From a virus: 64,000 bases of DNA. The stretch is taken from IMG/VR virus record IMGVR_UViG_3300025949_000016; one strand, given 5' to 3'. Below, piece after piece: positions 31,942 to 43,513 of this stretch (position 1 is its first letter; the number at the start of each line of letters is the position of its first letter). The position numbers and the translations under genes are program-made. The notes below the pieces were generated by a model. It saw only the letters and a list, made by a program, of their open reading frames with translations, was not told where the DNA came from and made no database searches.

Positions 31942-33336
31942 TTATTTATATCCCACAACCGAATAACTTCCTGTAATATTGCCAGAGCTCATTTGCAACC
32001 TTATGCCTTTGGTAACTTGATTATTTAATCTTGTTATACCACCATTAATTTGTGCAGCTTGTGTATAATAAACACTAAGTTGAATATTAGGATTAATTGT
32101 TGCTACACTTGGACTATATATCGTTAATTCTCCCACTATGGAGGCGGCGGAGTTATTAGAAATACCTGTAATGATAACTCCTTTAGTATCTCCTGAACTA
32201 TTAACGGTACCAGCAGATGTTGTATTATGATAACCTAGCATATACGCATAATTACTTGCACCATTGTCGTATGTAGTTCCATCTGCTGATACTAGTAACC
32301 AAAGATCTGTAGCTGTAGTAACCGGTCTTAAATTATAAAAATATATCTTTATTACATTGAATAGGTTATAATACGAAGACATATTAATATCTATAGTAGA
32401 AACAGAAGTACTTGTACCGGATGTTACTGTTGCTGGAAGAGTACCAGTAATAGGAGGTAATGTAGTAGTTGTAGTGGCTGTTGCAGTTAAAGTAGTAGAA
32501 AAAGCTCCAGAAGTTATTAAGCTTGATCCATCTGCTATAGTAAGCGTAGAACTTGTTGTGGGAGCAGTTATTGTTACCTTATTAATAGTAGTAGCTGTAG
32601 CTACTCCTAGTATTGGAGTAACTAGGGTTGGTGAAGTAGCAAAAACCAAAGCACCAGAACCGGTCTCATTGGTTATGGCGGCTGCCAAATTGGCACTCGT
32701 TGGTGTAGCTAAAAAAGTAGCAACGCCTGTCCCAAGCCCAGATACGCCTGTGGATATTGGAAGACCAGTACAACTTGTAAGTGTTCCAGAACTCGGTGTA
32801 CCAAGAATCGGAGTTACTAAAGTGGGTGATGTGGCAAATACTAATGCTCCAGAACCAGTTTCATCTGTAATTGCAGATGCTAAATTAGCACTAGAAGGAG
32901 TTACTAAAAAAGTTCCTACTCCTGTTCCTAAACCACTTACTCCAGTAGAAATGGGTAAACCTGTACAGTTAGTAAGAGTACCTGAGCCTGGAGTTCCAAG
33001 TGTTGGAGTTGTTAATATAGGAGAGGTTAAAGTTTTATTAGTCAGCGTTTGTATTCCAGTAAGAGTAGTTGCATCCGTAATTCCATATCCTGATACTGTG
33101 GTAGGAGTACTTGCTATTTGAGCAAAAGTATAATCTCCCGTTTGAGCAACAACGTCACCTGTTCTAGTAAATACAGAACTAACTGCCCCACCACCTCCAC
33201 CTCCTTGAGAAGCTGGTAACTTACCATTAGCATCTAATGTAGCAATTCCATTAGGTTTACCTTGTATGAAATACAAGTTACCTACCATTCTTCTTAGCTT
33301 TTCTAGAAGCTGATCTGTTACTAATTTATATATCAT
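31942..33336 (-). CDS. Tail fibre-like protein with internal repeats
   Basis: [31 protein letters not shown] fibre motifs; ~65-aa tandem repeats. Confidence 0.75.
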   Translation of the reverse strand: MIYKLVTDQLLEKLRRMVGNLYFIQGKPNGIATLDANGKLPASQGGGGGGAVSSVFTRTGDVVAQTGDYTFAQIASTPTTVSGYGITDATTLTGIQTLTNKTLTSPILTTPTLGTPGSGTLTNCTGLPISTGVSGLGTGVGTFLVTPSSANLASAITDETGSGALVFATSPTLVTPILGTPSSGTLTSCTGLPISTGVSGLGTGVATFLATPTSANLAAAITNETGSGALVFATSPTLVTPILGVATATTINKVTITAPTTSSTLTIADGSSLITSGAFSTTLTATATTTTTLPPITGTLPATVTSGTSTSVSTIDINMSSYYNLFNVIKIYFYNLRPVTTATDLWLLVSADGTTYDNGASNYAYMLGYHNTTSAGTVNSSGDTKGVIITGISNNSAASIVGELTIYSPSVATINPNIQLSVYYTQAAQINGGITRLNNQVTKGIRLQMSSGNITGSYSVVGYK

Positions 33337-36020
33337 TATATTCGAATGAATTTACGCTTATGACCTGTTTTTATTCGTATACCATTAAGAACTGGTGGAG
33401 CAGGTAAAGCAGGTAATTGAACTGCTCCTATGTCTATATTACTATTACTTCCAAAGGATGCTCTACCAAGAGTAGGTATAGGTGTTCCATATTTATCTTT
33501 GGTTATATAAGATGGTACATTTGTTCCACCATTATATAATACACTATTTAATTTAGGTATAAATAATATACTATCACTTAACCCGGTTGTTGCAAAAGTA
33601 GGTGCAGAAATATTATTTGATGTGTCTATCTTAAGTACTTGACCTGAAGGTTGAGTAAGGATTACTCCACCTGTTCCTAAACTACCAAAAAATGGCCAGG
33701 AGGCGACTGTGTCTGTATAAGGACCATACATTAGTGTATTTTTAATTTCTATTGTATCTACTCCTACACCATAAGCATCTATATAAGATGCACTATAATA
33801 ACTATTACCAGCTCCAACGCCAGGTCTAGAAAGTGTATTATTATATGCTCTAAGTGATCTTCTTGGTAAATAATAGGAAATTGTCCCATCTCCAAAGTTA
33901 GGTCTTACTTCAACAACAGGATATTTTCTCTTCAATCTACTAATATTATTGTGCCATCTAGATACTCCATCAAATAATGAATCTTCTCGTAAAAATAGCC
34001 AATTTAATGCTGGAACTTGACCAAGTCCAAAACTTCTTGCTTCATTACCAAAGATCGAAGGACCAAAGTAATTATTATAAACATCTACATAGCAATATTT
34101 AAATTGAAACATTCCACAATGACCTATGGGATTAGTAAGAACACCTATGTTCCAACAAGAATCATCATGAATTTTTACTCCATATACATTGGTTAGATTA
34201 AGATAACAAGCTGGATTAGGAGCACCAGAAGTGTAATCTCCTATCTTACAATGATCCACTTCTAGAAATGCCCACATTTCATTAGCAGCGGTATTGCCTG
34301 CTGTAAAAAATGTTAATCCTGCTTGAGTAGAGCTACTATCTGCAAAGATTTTAGTAAGTCTCCACTTATAAAACATATGGACAGTATCTGTCGATGATCC
34401 ATCATAGTTGGGTAATGTACTAGAACTAGGAAGACTAGATGAATTAAATCCAGGCATCTTTATAAGTACAAGAGAATCAAAAGTTATAAAATGAGAATGG
34501 GCTGTATTTGCATATGTGAATAAAAATGGATCAGCGTGATTACTCATGTTAATTCCATATACACGAACGTGGTTACAATTATCCATTGTATTAGCAAACA
34601 AATTCACTGAACTAGGAGTAATAAACACGTTACCTTGAGCTATTATTTGAATATCTAATGTATCATTTATTGTTCCTATTCCAGACATAGAGAAACTACG
34701 ATAACCTCCAGATTTCGGTGGTATATAAACAGTGTCTCCTCCTTTTAAAGTAAATCCTACATTTGCATTAGTAATATTAATATTACCATTTGTTACTGGC
34801 CAAGTATATTTTCTATATGTAACTGTAGCCGGATTCACTACTACTTGCATTGTAGCATTATTACTGTTATTTTGATTATCTGTTGTTGTTAACTTAAATA
34901 CGTATGTACCTTGAATAAGTCCAGTTACACTTGTGCTAAGTGTATTAGGACTAGTAATGGTTGCACTATTAGGTCCTGACAGCTCACTCCATACATTAGA
35001 AGATATTGTATTACCACATAATGCACTAGAAGATCCTGTCAAATTGACAGTATTTATCGGTAATGTTATAGATTGATTAGATCCTGCACTTACTGTAGGA
35101 TTACAGTTTACTCCCCCTACCAGTGTTGTGTCACCTTGAGCAATCATCCATGTAAATAGGTTTTGACCTACTCTATACGTACCCATTGTATTTTTACCTA
35201 CCTGACTAGGAGCATTATTAGGTCCTAATGGAGTCACACAACTCCAATTAGTAGCGCTTGGATCATACATGCTGTTCCAACAGCAATGCGCTCCTCCTCC
35301 TAAATTTTCATAAGAAAAGTAACCAGATCCAGGTACTGAATCATTCATTGCAAGGGAGTAATGCCAACCATCCCTAAAGTTATCAGAACCTGAACCTTCT
35401 AAGTAAAAATATCGTCCACCATACTTTGCTGCCCATACTTTATAAGCCACAGTATCACGATCCCATGTGCTATAAGGAGAGGGTAAAGGATCAGGAGTAC
35501 CTTCTAGTAAACAAGCACTTTTAATGAGTTTCATTCCAGTTTCAGCACCAGCAGTTTGCTCAAATTTAATCATTGCTCCCCAACTAAATGCACCTTGGCT
35601 AAGTCCTGTTAGATGTACACTGCTCCTCTTAATAGGATAATGTGTAACAATATAATTCAGCACTTCATATACGCAAGGAGGATAAGGGGTAACAGTAGTT
35701 GTTGCTGAAACACTTATTATAATGGGATAGTGTTTTCCATTACCTAAAGTTACACCACCGTCCCAACCATGTTGTAACCAATAAAAAGGACCATTTCTAG
35801 TTATAATAGTTGTATCTGTAGTACCTTGCTCTCCTTGTCCTGGCATAAATATAATAGCAGGTCGCTGAGCTGTATCACTACTTATAGGTCTATGGATAAT
35901 CAACTTAAATGGACCACAAGCACTATTATAAATAGTATCATAATGTTGAAATGCACTTGATTCTGATTGTCCGAAAGCTATTATAGGAAGTATAAATAAT
36001 ATGAATAGTAATTTCTTCAC
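33336..36020 (-). CDS. Signal-peptide protein: alpha/beta-hydrolase, PKD/Ig-like domain, beta-helix
   Basis: Signal ...AFG/Q; PGQGE oxyanion and GLSQG nucleophile elbow; [14 protein letters not shown]...[11 protein letters not shown]; C-terminal DIGAVQ. Confidence 0.75.
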   Translation of the reverse strand: MKKLLFILFILPIIAFGQSESSAFQHYDTIYNSACGPFKLIIHRPISSDTAQRPAIIFMPGQGEQGTTDTTIITRNGPFYWLQHGWDGGVTLGNGKHYPIIISVSATTTVTPYPPCVYEVLNYIVTHYPIKRSSVHLTGLSQGAFSWGAMIKFEQTAGAETGMKLIKSACLLEGTPDPLPSPYSTWDRDTVAYKVWAAKYGGRYFYLEGSGSDNFRDGWHYSLAMNDSVPGSGYFSYENLGGGAHCCWNSMYDPSATNWSCVTPLGPNNAPSQVGKNTMGTYRVGQNLFTWMIAQGDTTLVGGVNCNPTVSAGSNQSITLPINTVNLTGSSSALCGNTISSNVWSELSGPNSATITSPNTLSTSVTGLIQGTYVFKLTTTDNQNNSNNATMQVVVNPATVTYRKYTWPVTNGNINITNANVGFTLKGGDTVYIPPKSGGYRSFSMSGIGTINDTLDIQIIAQGNVFITPSSVNLFANTMDNCNHVRVYGINMSNHADPFLFTYANTAHSHFITFDSLVLIKMPGFNSSSLPSSSTLPNYDGSSTDTVHMFYKWRLTKIFADSSSTQAGLTFFTAGNTAANEMWAFLEVDHCKIGDYTSGAPNPACYLNLTNVYGVKIHDDSCWNIGVLTNPIGHCGMFQFKYCYVDVYNNYFGPSIFGNEARSFGLGQVPALNWLFLREDSLFDGVSRWHNNISRLKRKYPVVEVRPNFGDGTISYYLPRRSLRAYNNTLSRPGVGAGNSYYSASYIDAYGVGVDTIEIKNTLMYGPYTDTVASWPFFGSLGTGGVILTQPSGQVLKIDTSNNISAPTFATTGLSDSILFIPKLNSVLYNGGTNVPSYITKDKYGTPIPTLGRASFGSNSNIDIGAVQLPALPAPPVLNGIRIKTGHKRKFIRI

Positions 36021-36415
36021 TATTTCTCTTTAGTGCTTAAAAACTTAATAATAAAGTTATTAGGATAATTTCTAACTACTTTTTTTTGTTTAGAATAATA
36101 AATCACATCTCCTAATCCAAGAGTATGATATACATAGCAATCTTTATCATATCTATCATCATCTTCCGAAGTTTCTATTAATCCATATTTTAATATAACT
36201 GTATCTGCTTGAATAAATGTAATGGTCTTTTTAATTGGATCGCAAGTAATTATCACTCCAAGTTGCTTATTTTTATAATCCTCTTGAATTTTACTTTGTG
36301 ACCAGAAAGATTTATATTTTGCTACTATGGACCATTTACCAGGGTCTTTTGTTTGAGCGTTTACTCTTACTATTGCAAATAAAAGTATAATTGAATAAAT
36401 TAACTTACGTACCAT
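36020..36415 (-). CDS. Secreted hypothetical protein
   Basis: Signal ...VRVNA/Q. Confidence 0.7.
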   Translation of the reverse strand: MVRKLIYSIILLFAIVRVNAQTKDPGKWSIVAKYKSFWSQSKIQEDYKNKQLGVIITCDPIKKTITFIQADTVILKYGLIETSEDDDRYDKDCYVYHTLGLGDVIYYSKQKKVVRNYPNNFIIKFLSTKEK

Positions 36416-37730
36416 GTTTCTTGATTTTTATATAACTTATTAAGGCACATTGTTCACTAGTATTTAATCTACCTAAGTAGAAGGTAAAATTACCAGATGC
36501 ATCTGGAGCTATACCAGTGTGACTAGCACCATCAAATATTAACTGTATATTTGTATTACCTTGCCCATTAAAATTCTGATTTGGTTGAAGAGCAGCACCT
36601 TGTACAGTGTAATTACCTACTGCTGCTACTGTAAATTGTGTAGTACCTGATAAATAAATATCATAAAGAGTACCATCTGTCTTCCATCCTCCAGTTATAA
36701 ATTGAGCATTAGTTGTATTAAAAGTGGTTGAATTTAAAAATGCTTCTCTCATGACACCAGAATTGGTAGCATCAGGTATAGTAGCATTAGTTACACCATT
36801 ATTAGCAGAAGCAGATGCTCCACCTAATTGTCCCCAGTTAGCTGTAGAAACAGTACTATAAGTAATTGTTGTGCCAGATATTGTTCCAGAATTTACTGAG
36901 ACACTGGGATCATTAGGTATTCTTTGCCATCCTGTTACTCCATTACCAGAAGTAATTGCAAACTGAAATCTAGCAGAATCAGGTGTTATACTTGTTCCAC
37001 TAACCGTACCTGTTACATTAATATTCTGTGGAGAAACTCCTGATGCTGAAACTACTATTGTGCCACTTACAGGACCTGCTGGAGCTGATGCAGACTCTCT
37101 TACATAGACCGTCTTAGGAGAGCCTGTAGAGAAAGAAATAGAAGAGGAGAAATTTACACCATCTTGACTTACTTCAACAGGAGAAAAGTTATTTACTGTT
37201 ACACTACCAGCTATATTTGAAAAGGTGACTACAAATGTTTGAGCAGGTCCTGCTGTACCAGTTGTAGAATTTAGATTTGTAATAGTATTGGTAGATACTC
37301 CCATATTAGGAGAACTTGTAACAGTGGCACTAAACGGTATATTTAAACTGGCAGTTGTACTTACACCTGTTATGTTACCAGAATAAGAACCGGTTGTTGC
37401 AGTAGATTTTATTCTAGCATATAATAGCCCAGAAAAACTACCACTTGTAGGAGTATAAGATACAGATCCAGACCATGATATACCATCTTTACTCAATTCC
37501 ATCTCTGTAGTACCAGTAAATACTGCATTAGCAGTAAGATTTATACCTGAAACAGTTACTGATTGAGAGCTAGAGGCAGTGCCAGGAACTGTTGAAAAAT
37601 TAAAATAAGTTCCACTGAAACTAAGAAAAGGTCCAGTAGTTTGCAATTGCATACTATATGCTCTTACTATTTGAGCGTTAGCACCAATTCCAATTAAGCT
37701 AAGTAAAAATATTAATATTTTTTTCATCAT
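36405..37730 (-). CDS. Signal-peptide protein with two Ig-like repeats
   Basis: Signal ...GANA/Q; two repeats GTASSSQSVTV..ELSKDG / GTAGPAQTFVV..EVSQDG. Confidence 0.75.
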   Translation of the reverse strand: MMKKILIFLLSLIGIGANAQIVRAYSMQLQTTGPFLSFSGTYFNFSTVPGTASSSQSVTVSGINLTANAVFTGTTEMELSKDGISWSGSVSYTPTSGSFSGLLYARIKSTATTGSYSGNITGVSTTASLNIPFSATVTSSPNMGVSTNTITNLNSTTGTAGPAQTFVVTFSNIAGSVTVNNFSPVEVSQDGVNFSSSISFSTGSPKTVYVRESASAPAGPVSGTIVVSASGVSPQNINVTGTVSGTSITPDSARFQFAITSGNGVTGWQRIPNDPSVSVNSGTISGTTITYSTVSTANWGQLGGASASANNGVTNATIPDATNSGVMREAFLNSTTFNTTNAQFITGGWKTDGTLYDIYLSGTTQFTVAAVGNYTVQGAALQPNQNFNGQGNTNIQLIFDGASHTGIAPDASGNFTFYLGRLNTSEQCALISYIKIKKHGT

Positions 37731-37738
37731 AATTTATT

Positions 37739-40700
37739 TTATTCCGCATACCAAAATCTATTGGATGCAATTAATGTTCTAGTTACTCCCGGAGCTATTG
37801 TAATAGATGTAGTAGAGGAAGTATCATAGATTGCATCACTACCTGTTACTCCTATCGTTAAACTAACAGAACCTGCATTCTTTATAACAAATCTTTTATT
37901 TTTATTAGTAGCTAAGTCAGGTAATGTAAATGTAACAGTTGACGAGCCATAAAATATATAATCTGAATATTGATTGTTCATTGTAACAGGTCCAGTTGTT
38001 TCTAAAACTCCTGCACCATAATCCAGTAAATCTCTTTTGTTACCTAAAATATCTACAAAGAAAAGATTTCCCGACGAATTAAGATACATTCCGCCAAAAT
38101 CACCTGCACTAGATGAAACATCAGCACCTGCATCAAACCATAAAGCATATTTTAATGATGTTGATGCACCTAAAGCTACACCATGTCTACTATTCGAAAA
38201 AGCACCATTTAAGATAGTATTTCCATCCGTCTTAAGTGAAAAATTGGTAGGTGAAACACCAAAGTGACTAAAGCCTGCTGCTACATCCAAAGCATAAGTA
38301 AATCCACTAGATGAACTATTTGTACCCATTATTGGCGCATTTTCTATTCTAAATGTTGCTGGACTAGCATATACTACTCCAGTATTAGTACTAGTAATAG
38401 TAGGTGCTTGAAAGTAATAAGAAGAATAATTAGAAACTGTTCCACTAGCAGCAGTTATTGGATTATTAACAGTAGATGCTACTCCTAATAACTGAGATCC
38501 TTGACCATTATTATACTGTCCCCCTGTTATATTTACTCCAGTTGTAGAATAAGTAGATAATCCAGATAAAGGACTACCACTAGTACCTAATGCTAAGGAG
38601 AAATTACCACCAGATACAGTTCTATTTGCAAGTAAAGTACCATCTACATTATATAAACTATTGTCTGTACCCCATGCACCTTGTCCACCGGTTCCAGTTG
38701 CTTTCCATACTTGACCTATGGTAGAGCTAGTAGTTAATATAGGAGCATTAATAAGTGTTTTAGTACCATAAATACTTTGAGTACCTGCATTAATTACACC
38801 TCTTGTTGCATTACCTGCATCAGGTAAATTAAAAGTGTGTGTACTACCGACAGAACTAATATTAAAATCAGTTCCAGAGCCTCCTGTTGCGAAAGTTTGA
38901 CTAGATGCTGAAAGACCGTTTAAATTAGTAATTCCACCACTGGCTAAAAGATCATAACTAGTAGTTCCATCTCTATACCATAGATGCCCACTAGTTGTCC
39001 ATATATCTCCTTGATTTGGAGAAGTGACGGCCACACCCAATGGAATATTGGCAGTAGGATTAGAAGAAGTAGAAGCTGCAAGTGTTGTTTTATTATTTAT
39101 TGTTGCAGTACCTGTAACAGTAAGATTTCCACTAACTGTTTCATTTCCAGTAAATGTACTTGTAGTAGAATTTACAGTAAAGTTATCTAATGGACCGCCA
39201 CCAACAACAGAAAAATTAATACCTTTTGCTCCAGCAGTATTAGGACGTAAAATATTTGCATTAGCTTGATCAGTTCTACTTAAAGTAAGATCTCCAGTAG
39301 TTAAAGTCTGTGAACCAAAAATTGTATTAGCTGCGGTGTTTATGTTTTGCGGTAATGAAATTACAGGTGTTCCAGTTGAACTAGATACATTAACTTGATT
39401 TGCTGTACCACTTATACTATTAACAATATTTGTCCAAGCATAATCATAATTTGTTCCAGTATTTTTAACCAATGCTTGAGCAGTTATTCCACCAGAAGGT
39501 ACTCCACCATTAGCAGGAGGTAACTGACCAGATACATCTGTAGTAAGAACTACAGAACCAAAGCTTAAATTACCGGCAGGATTACCTTTTAATACTGTTG
39601 TTGTGGTACCTTGATTAGAAAATAAAGAACTAGTTAAACTAGGATGTACATAAGTAGGTGCTGCACTTGATCCCGTAGCATTAGCAAGTAAACTATTTGC
39701 AGCAGCTGCAGTAACTGTAAACGTTAAATTAGGAGTTGTAGTAGGGTTAGAAACACTCGTTGTAAACAAAGGGGATGCACTACCGGCACTAAAGTTAGTA
39801 AGAGTACCTCCGCTACCAGGAGTCTGAAATTGAGCAGTACCTGTAGAAGAGTTCCATGTTAATACCATTCCATTACCTTTTCCTGTAGTGTCTATTGGTA
39901 TATAAGGGGTTCTATAAACAGTACCTGTAGTGGTATCCTGTATTAGGTAATCTAACTTACCATTAGATGCTTGATATGTTGTACCTGAAAGAATAAGTGT
40001 TGACCCCACTGTTGCATTACCAAATGTTTGTAATCCAGTCCAAGTGTTAGCATGAGCTAGATTTATAGTAGCATCATAAGATAATCCTTTCTGAGTATGA
40101 TTTTTAGTCCATGTTAATGAATTAGTGCTTGAAGTCATATTAATGCCCTTAAACCAAACAGTATCTCCAGTTATATTTAAATAAGCAATAGAATCACCAA
40201 CATTTGTATTAGCTAAATTAATAGTACTATCTATTCTTTTCTTATCACCAGGACTCATTAATCCTGCATTACTATAATTAACAAGAACAACTGTACCAGC
40301 AGTACCTGTAGAAGAATTAATAGTAGCTGTAGTGGAATTTTGCGTAACACTTATATTAGTATTACCTGCTCCACTAGCAGTTGTCCAACTTGTATTAGTA
40401 CCATCTGTAGTTAATACTTTACCATTATTTCCAGCTTGATTAGGTAAAATGGTATTCAAAGCGGAGTTCTTATTACCAACATCTGATAGATTATTAGAAG
40501 CTATCATATTACCAACAGTAATAGAACTATCTGAATTTTGAACTCCGTTTATTAACCTTTTAGCAAAAACCGTATCATTTCTACCATATATAGCAACAGG
40601 ATATGTTCCAAGGCTTGGTGATGGTACTATAAGAACAGTATCTAATTTGGTTAGATCGTATTTAGTAGCCAATTTACTAACAGTATCAATAGGTCCAAAA

Positions 40701-41977
40701 GGTATATAAGTAAGTGTATTAGTAATGTCAGTAGCAGTAGCAGCAACAGCCGATGTAATTAAACCTTTTGCATTAACTGTATGTTTAAGTAAAGTATTAG
40801 AAGCAAATACATTACTATTTACTGTAGCAAGCGTAAGAGGAAGATTAGATCCCACAGCTGTACCACTTGCATCTCCTGTAGCTGTGCTTACACCTCCAGA
40901 TCCACTAGCTTGGGCAACCCATGTTCCATTATCAGAAAGAACTTTACCACTCACTGTACCGGGAGCAGGTACTGCACCAGAAAGAGTGGTAGTAAACGTA
41001 TTTATATCCGCTGTAAGCTGAGTATTTGTTTGATAGTTAGAAGTATTACCAGATTGTTTAATATATCCAGTTCCAGATAATTGATTTTGTTTTAATGATA
41101 CATCGTATATACTAGCTAGTGTAGATATAGTATCAAGAGATAGATTATTACCAACAAGCGTTATACCTGTACCAGTAGTAACTGTTAAAAGAGTTTTACT
41201 CACTGGTATAGATCCTGGTAAATCCGCTACAGTAATAGTAGAATAAGCAGGAGGACCTGTGGAACTAGTAGTATTACCTAAAAAAGTATGAGCAGCAGCA
41301 TTACTTAGCGTAAAACTAATAGAGGGATGAGTAGATGCATTAGAAACACTTGCTCCAAATATAGGAGAAAGATTGCCGGCAGCTACGTCCAAAACAGTGC
41401 CAGAACCACCAGTACTACCAACAGAATCTTTTATAGCAAAGCTTCTAAATGTATTATCATTATTTCTTACTCTTATTCTAATGGAATCTAAATCCTTCCA
41501 AATAGAATCTATCATTCTAGGTTTATTAAGTATAGAGGTAAATCCAGAAGCAGCATTCCAATCACTAGAGACTTGACCGGGAGGTATAGTAGGTTTATTT
41601 GTTAAATCTAAATAGGAGCCACTTGTAGCTACAGTTGCAAGTACTGGTTTATTTAAGATTTGAGCCACACCAGACGTAGCGTTCCAGTCAGCATTTACCT
41701 GACCAGGTATAGTGGTAGTATCACCTCTTAATCTATACCACCGAGTGCCGTCCCACCAATAAGGTTGTCCCAAGAAAGATACCATTCTACCAGGTCTAGC
41801 TACGTGTTTACTTGTATCTGTTATAGCAAATTCATGTGCACTATCTTCTCTAGCTACTCCACGAGTAACCATTGTATTTTTTGGCGTACCAATGTATTGA
41901 ATTTGAGCAGTGCAAGCAGAAGGTATTCCAAATCCTGCGCAAATAAGTAGTAATATAATACCTAAATACTTTTTCAT
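37739..41977 (-). CDS. Long tail fibre-like protein with N-terminal signal peptide
   Basis: QVNADWNATSGVAQILNKP, LATVATSGSYLDLTNKP, NNLSDV, GKVLTTDGT fibre motifs; Thr/Ser/Gly rich. Confidence 0.8.
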   Translation of the reverse strand: MKKYLGIILLLICAGFGIPSACTAQIQYIGTPKNTMVTRGVAREDSAHEFAITDTSKHVARPGRMVSFLGQPYWWDGTRWYRLRGDTTTIPGQVNADWNATSGVAQILNKPVLATVATSGSYLDLTNKPTIPPGQVSSDWNAASGFTSILNKPRMIDSIWKDLDSIRIRVRNNDNTFRSFAIKDSVGSTGGSGTVLDVAAGNLSPIFGASVSNASTHPSISFTLSNAAAHTFLGNTTSSTGPPAYSTITVADLPGSIPVSKTLLTVTTGTGITLVGNNLSLDTISTLASIYDVSLKQNQLSGTGYIKQSGNTSNYQTNTQLTADINTFTTTLSGAVPAPGTVSGKVLSDNGTWVAQASGSGGVSTATGDASGTAVGSNLPLTLATVNSNVFASNTLLKHTVNAKGLITSAVAATATDITNTLTYIPFGPIDTVSKLATKYDLTKLDTVLIVPSPSLGTYPVAIYGRNDTVFAKRLINGVQNSDSSITVGNMIASNNLSDVGNKNSALNTILPNQAGNNGKVLTTDGTNTSWTTASGAGNTNISVTQNSTTATINSSTGTAGTVVLVNYSNAGLMSPGDKKRIDSTINLANTNVGDSIAYLNITGDTVWFKGINMTSSTNSLTWTKNHTQKGLSYDATINLAHANTWTGLQTFGNATVGSTLILSGTTYQASNGKLDYLIQDTTTGTVYRTPYIPIDTTGKGNGMVLTWNSSTGTAQFQTPGSGGTLTNFSAGSASPLFTTSVSNPTTTPNLTFTVTAAAANSLLANATGSSAAPTYVHPSLTSSLFSNQGTTTTVLKGNPAGNLSFGSVVLTTDVSGQLPPANGGVPSGGITAQALVKNTGTNYDYAWTNIVNSISGTANQVNVSSSTGTPVISLPQNINTAANTIFGSQTLTTGDLTLSRTDQANANILRPNTAGAKGINFSVVGGGPLDNFTVNSTTSTFTGNETVSGNLTVTGTATINNKTTLAASTSSNPTANIPLGVAVTSPNQGDIWTTSGHLWYRDGTTSYDLLASGGITNLNGLSASSQTFATGGSGTDFNISSVGSTHTFNLPDAGNATRGVINAGTQSIYGTKTLINAPILTTSSTIGQVWKATGTGGQGAWGTDNSLYNVDGTLLANRTVSGGNFSLALGTSGSPLSGLSTYSTTGVNITGGQYNNGQGSQLLGVASTVNNPITAASGTVSNYSSYYFQAPTITSTNTGVVYASPATFRIENAPIMGTNSSSSGFTYALDVAAGFSHFGVSPTNFSLKTDGNTILNGAFSNSRHGVALGASTSLKYALWFDAGADVSSSAGDFGGMYLNSSGNLFFVDILGNKRDLLDYGAGVLETTGPVTMNNQYSDYIFYGSSTVTFTLPDLATNKNKRFVIKNAGSVSLTIGVTGSDAIYDTSSTTSITIAPGVTRTLIASNRFWYAE

Positions 41978-43338
41978 TATTTATACATTATTGAGTAATA
42001 TGTGTCTGCAGTAAAGACATCATTTGTTAACGTTAATAAACCAGAAGATGGTGTAAAAGTATAGTAAAGTGCTCCATTTGTTCTAGCAACGCCTGCTATT
42101 TTAACACCTTCTACCCATACTCCTAGAATTGTTTTACCAATTAAAGGATTACCAGTAGGATTAAATTGAGAAGATCCAGCTGTTGGTGTTAACGCTCCAC
42201 CATCTCCTACAATAAAATCTATAGTAAAAACACTAGAAGAGGTAGATCCACCACTTCCAGATGAATTTATTATTAGATCACCACCACTTTGCGTAATTGT
42301 TACATTCGTACCAGCTCTAATTCCATTAAAATTAAGTTGTGTGCCATTTTGACTTTGATAAATTGGAAAAGCATTGGTACTTCCTAAATTATTACCAGAT
42401 TGAATTCTAGTATTAAAAGAATTCCAATCTGTTTGAGACAGGTAACCACTTGAACTAGCACTTGCGAGACTTATTCCAATAACACCTGTTACATTATTAT
42501 AAATTATGGGAGCAGTTCCACTAATAGCTGCTCTAGCTTGTACATCTGAATAACTATTAGTACTTGCTTGAGGAACATATAATCCATCAGCATTAGCTAT
42601 AAGTGCGTTTCCTAATAAAGAAGATACTTTTACATTGCCAGTAAGAGTCATTCCATAAGATCCAGAACTATTAAAGTGAATACTGGAGCTATCATTTACA
42701 GATAAAGGAGTTTGAGTAAATCCTCCTGCACTAATTATATAAGGATTAGCTGCTGAACCATTACCACTACCAAAACTTATGTTATTTCCTGGTAGTATAT
42801 AAGTGGTCATGTCTGGAACAAATAATCCGTTAGTTACTTGCAGCTTATTGGCAACACTATTGGAAATCTTAACTGATGCAGTTATATTGTGATTAAATGG
42901 TCCCGTGGCTGTAAAATCTACAGTAGATGAATCTGTAAAATTAAGGGAGGTTTCTGAAAATATAGGAGACCATATACCATCTGCATTTACCTGAATACTA
43001 TTACCAGTTTGGCCAGATATTTTAATATCTGCGGATAAGTTAGCATTATTATAAGTAAGGTCAATACTAGAAGTATCGTTAACTGTAAAGCTACCTCCTA
43101 CAATAAGTCCAGATAAATCTACCTGCTTGTTTTGTATAACCCCATTACTATCCGTATAAGTAATTACTAGAATATAACCATCTAGTCTAAAATCTACAAC
43201 AGGTGTCTTTATACCAAGGCTCTTTATTAAAGTACCTAAGTATACCTGATTACCTCCAGATATAGATAAATACCCAGTATTATTATTTATACTGAGTTTC
43301 TGCGGAGTACAGCAATTATTCGTCAGACCTGTTGCCAT
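41977..43338 (-). CDS. Fibre-like structural protein, paralog of 45733-47214
   Basis: Repeated DxSS(I/V)DxT...A.(I/V)KIS...N units; N-terminus shared with 45733-47214. Confidence 0.7.
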   Translation of the reverse strand: MATGLTNNCCTPQKLSINNNTGYLSISGGNQVYLGTLIKSLGIKTPVVDFRLDGYILVITYTDSNGVIQNKQVDLSGLIVGGSFTVNDTSSIDLTYNNANLSADIKISGQTGNSIQVNADGIWSPIFSETSLNFTDSSTVDFTATGPFNHNITASVKISNSVANKLQVTNGLFVPDMTTYILPGNNISFGSGNGSAANPYIISAGGFTQTPLSVNDSSSIHFNSSGSYGMTLTGNVKVSSLLGNALIANADGLYVPQASTNSYSDVQARAAISGTAPIIYNNVTGVIGISLASASSSGYLSQTDWNSFNTRIQSGNNLGSTNAFPIYQSQNGTQLNFNGIRAGTNVTITQSGGDLIINSSGSGGSTSSSVFTIDFIVGDGGALTPTAGSSQFNPTGNPLIGKTILGVWVEGVKIAGVARTNGALYYTFTPSSGLLTLTNDVFTADTYYSIMYK

Positions 43339-43510
43339 CTTTATTTTTACCTTCTTTTATTCTAAAATAAGTATTAACCACGTTCCATGCTATAGTAGTT
43401 ATACCTGCAAGTATACCTATTACAATAGCAATTGTATTAAGTGTTATCAAGCCAAATATTGTTACTAGTCCATTTGTTACCCAAAGTAATATGCTACGAT
43501 GATCTATCAT
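43316..43510 (-). CDS. Small holin-like membrane protein
   Basis: 64 aa, two hydrophobic segments, charged C-terminus. Confidence 0.45.
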   Translation of the reverse strand: MIDHRSILLWVTNGLVTIFGLITLNTIAIVIGILAGITTIAWNVVNTYFRIKEGKNKDGNRSDE

Positions 43511-43513
43511 TTC

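Noticed and set aside
32600-33030. Diversity-generating retroelement repeat pair in the fibre gene
   Set aside because: Repeats are in-frame protein repeats with mostly synonymous differences, not adenine-specific; no reverse transcriptase in the window
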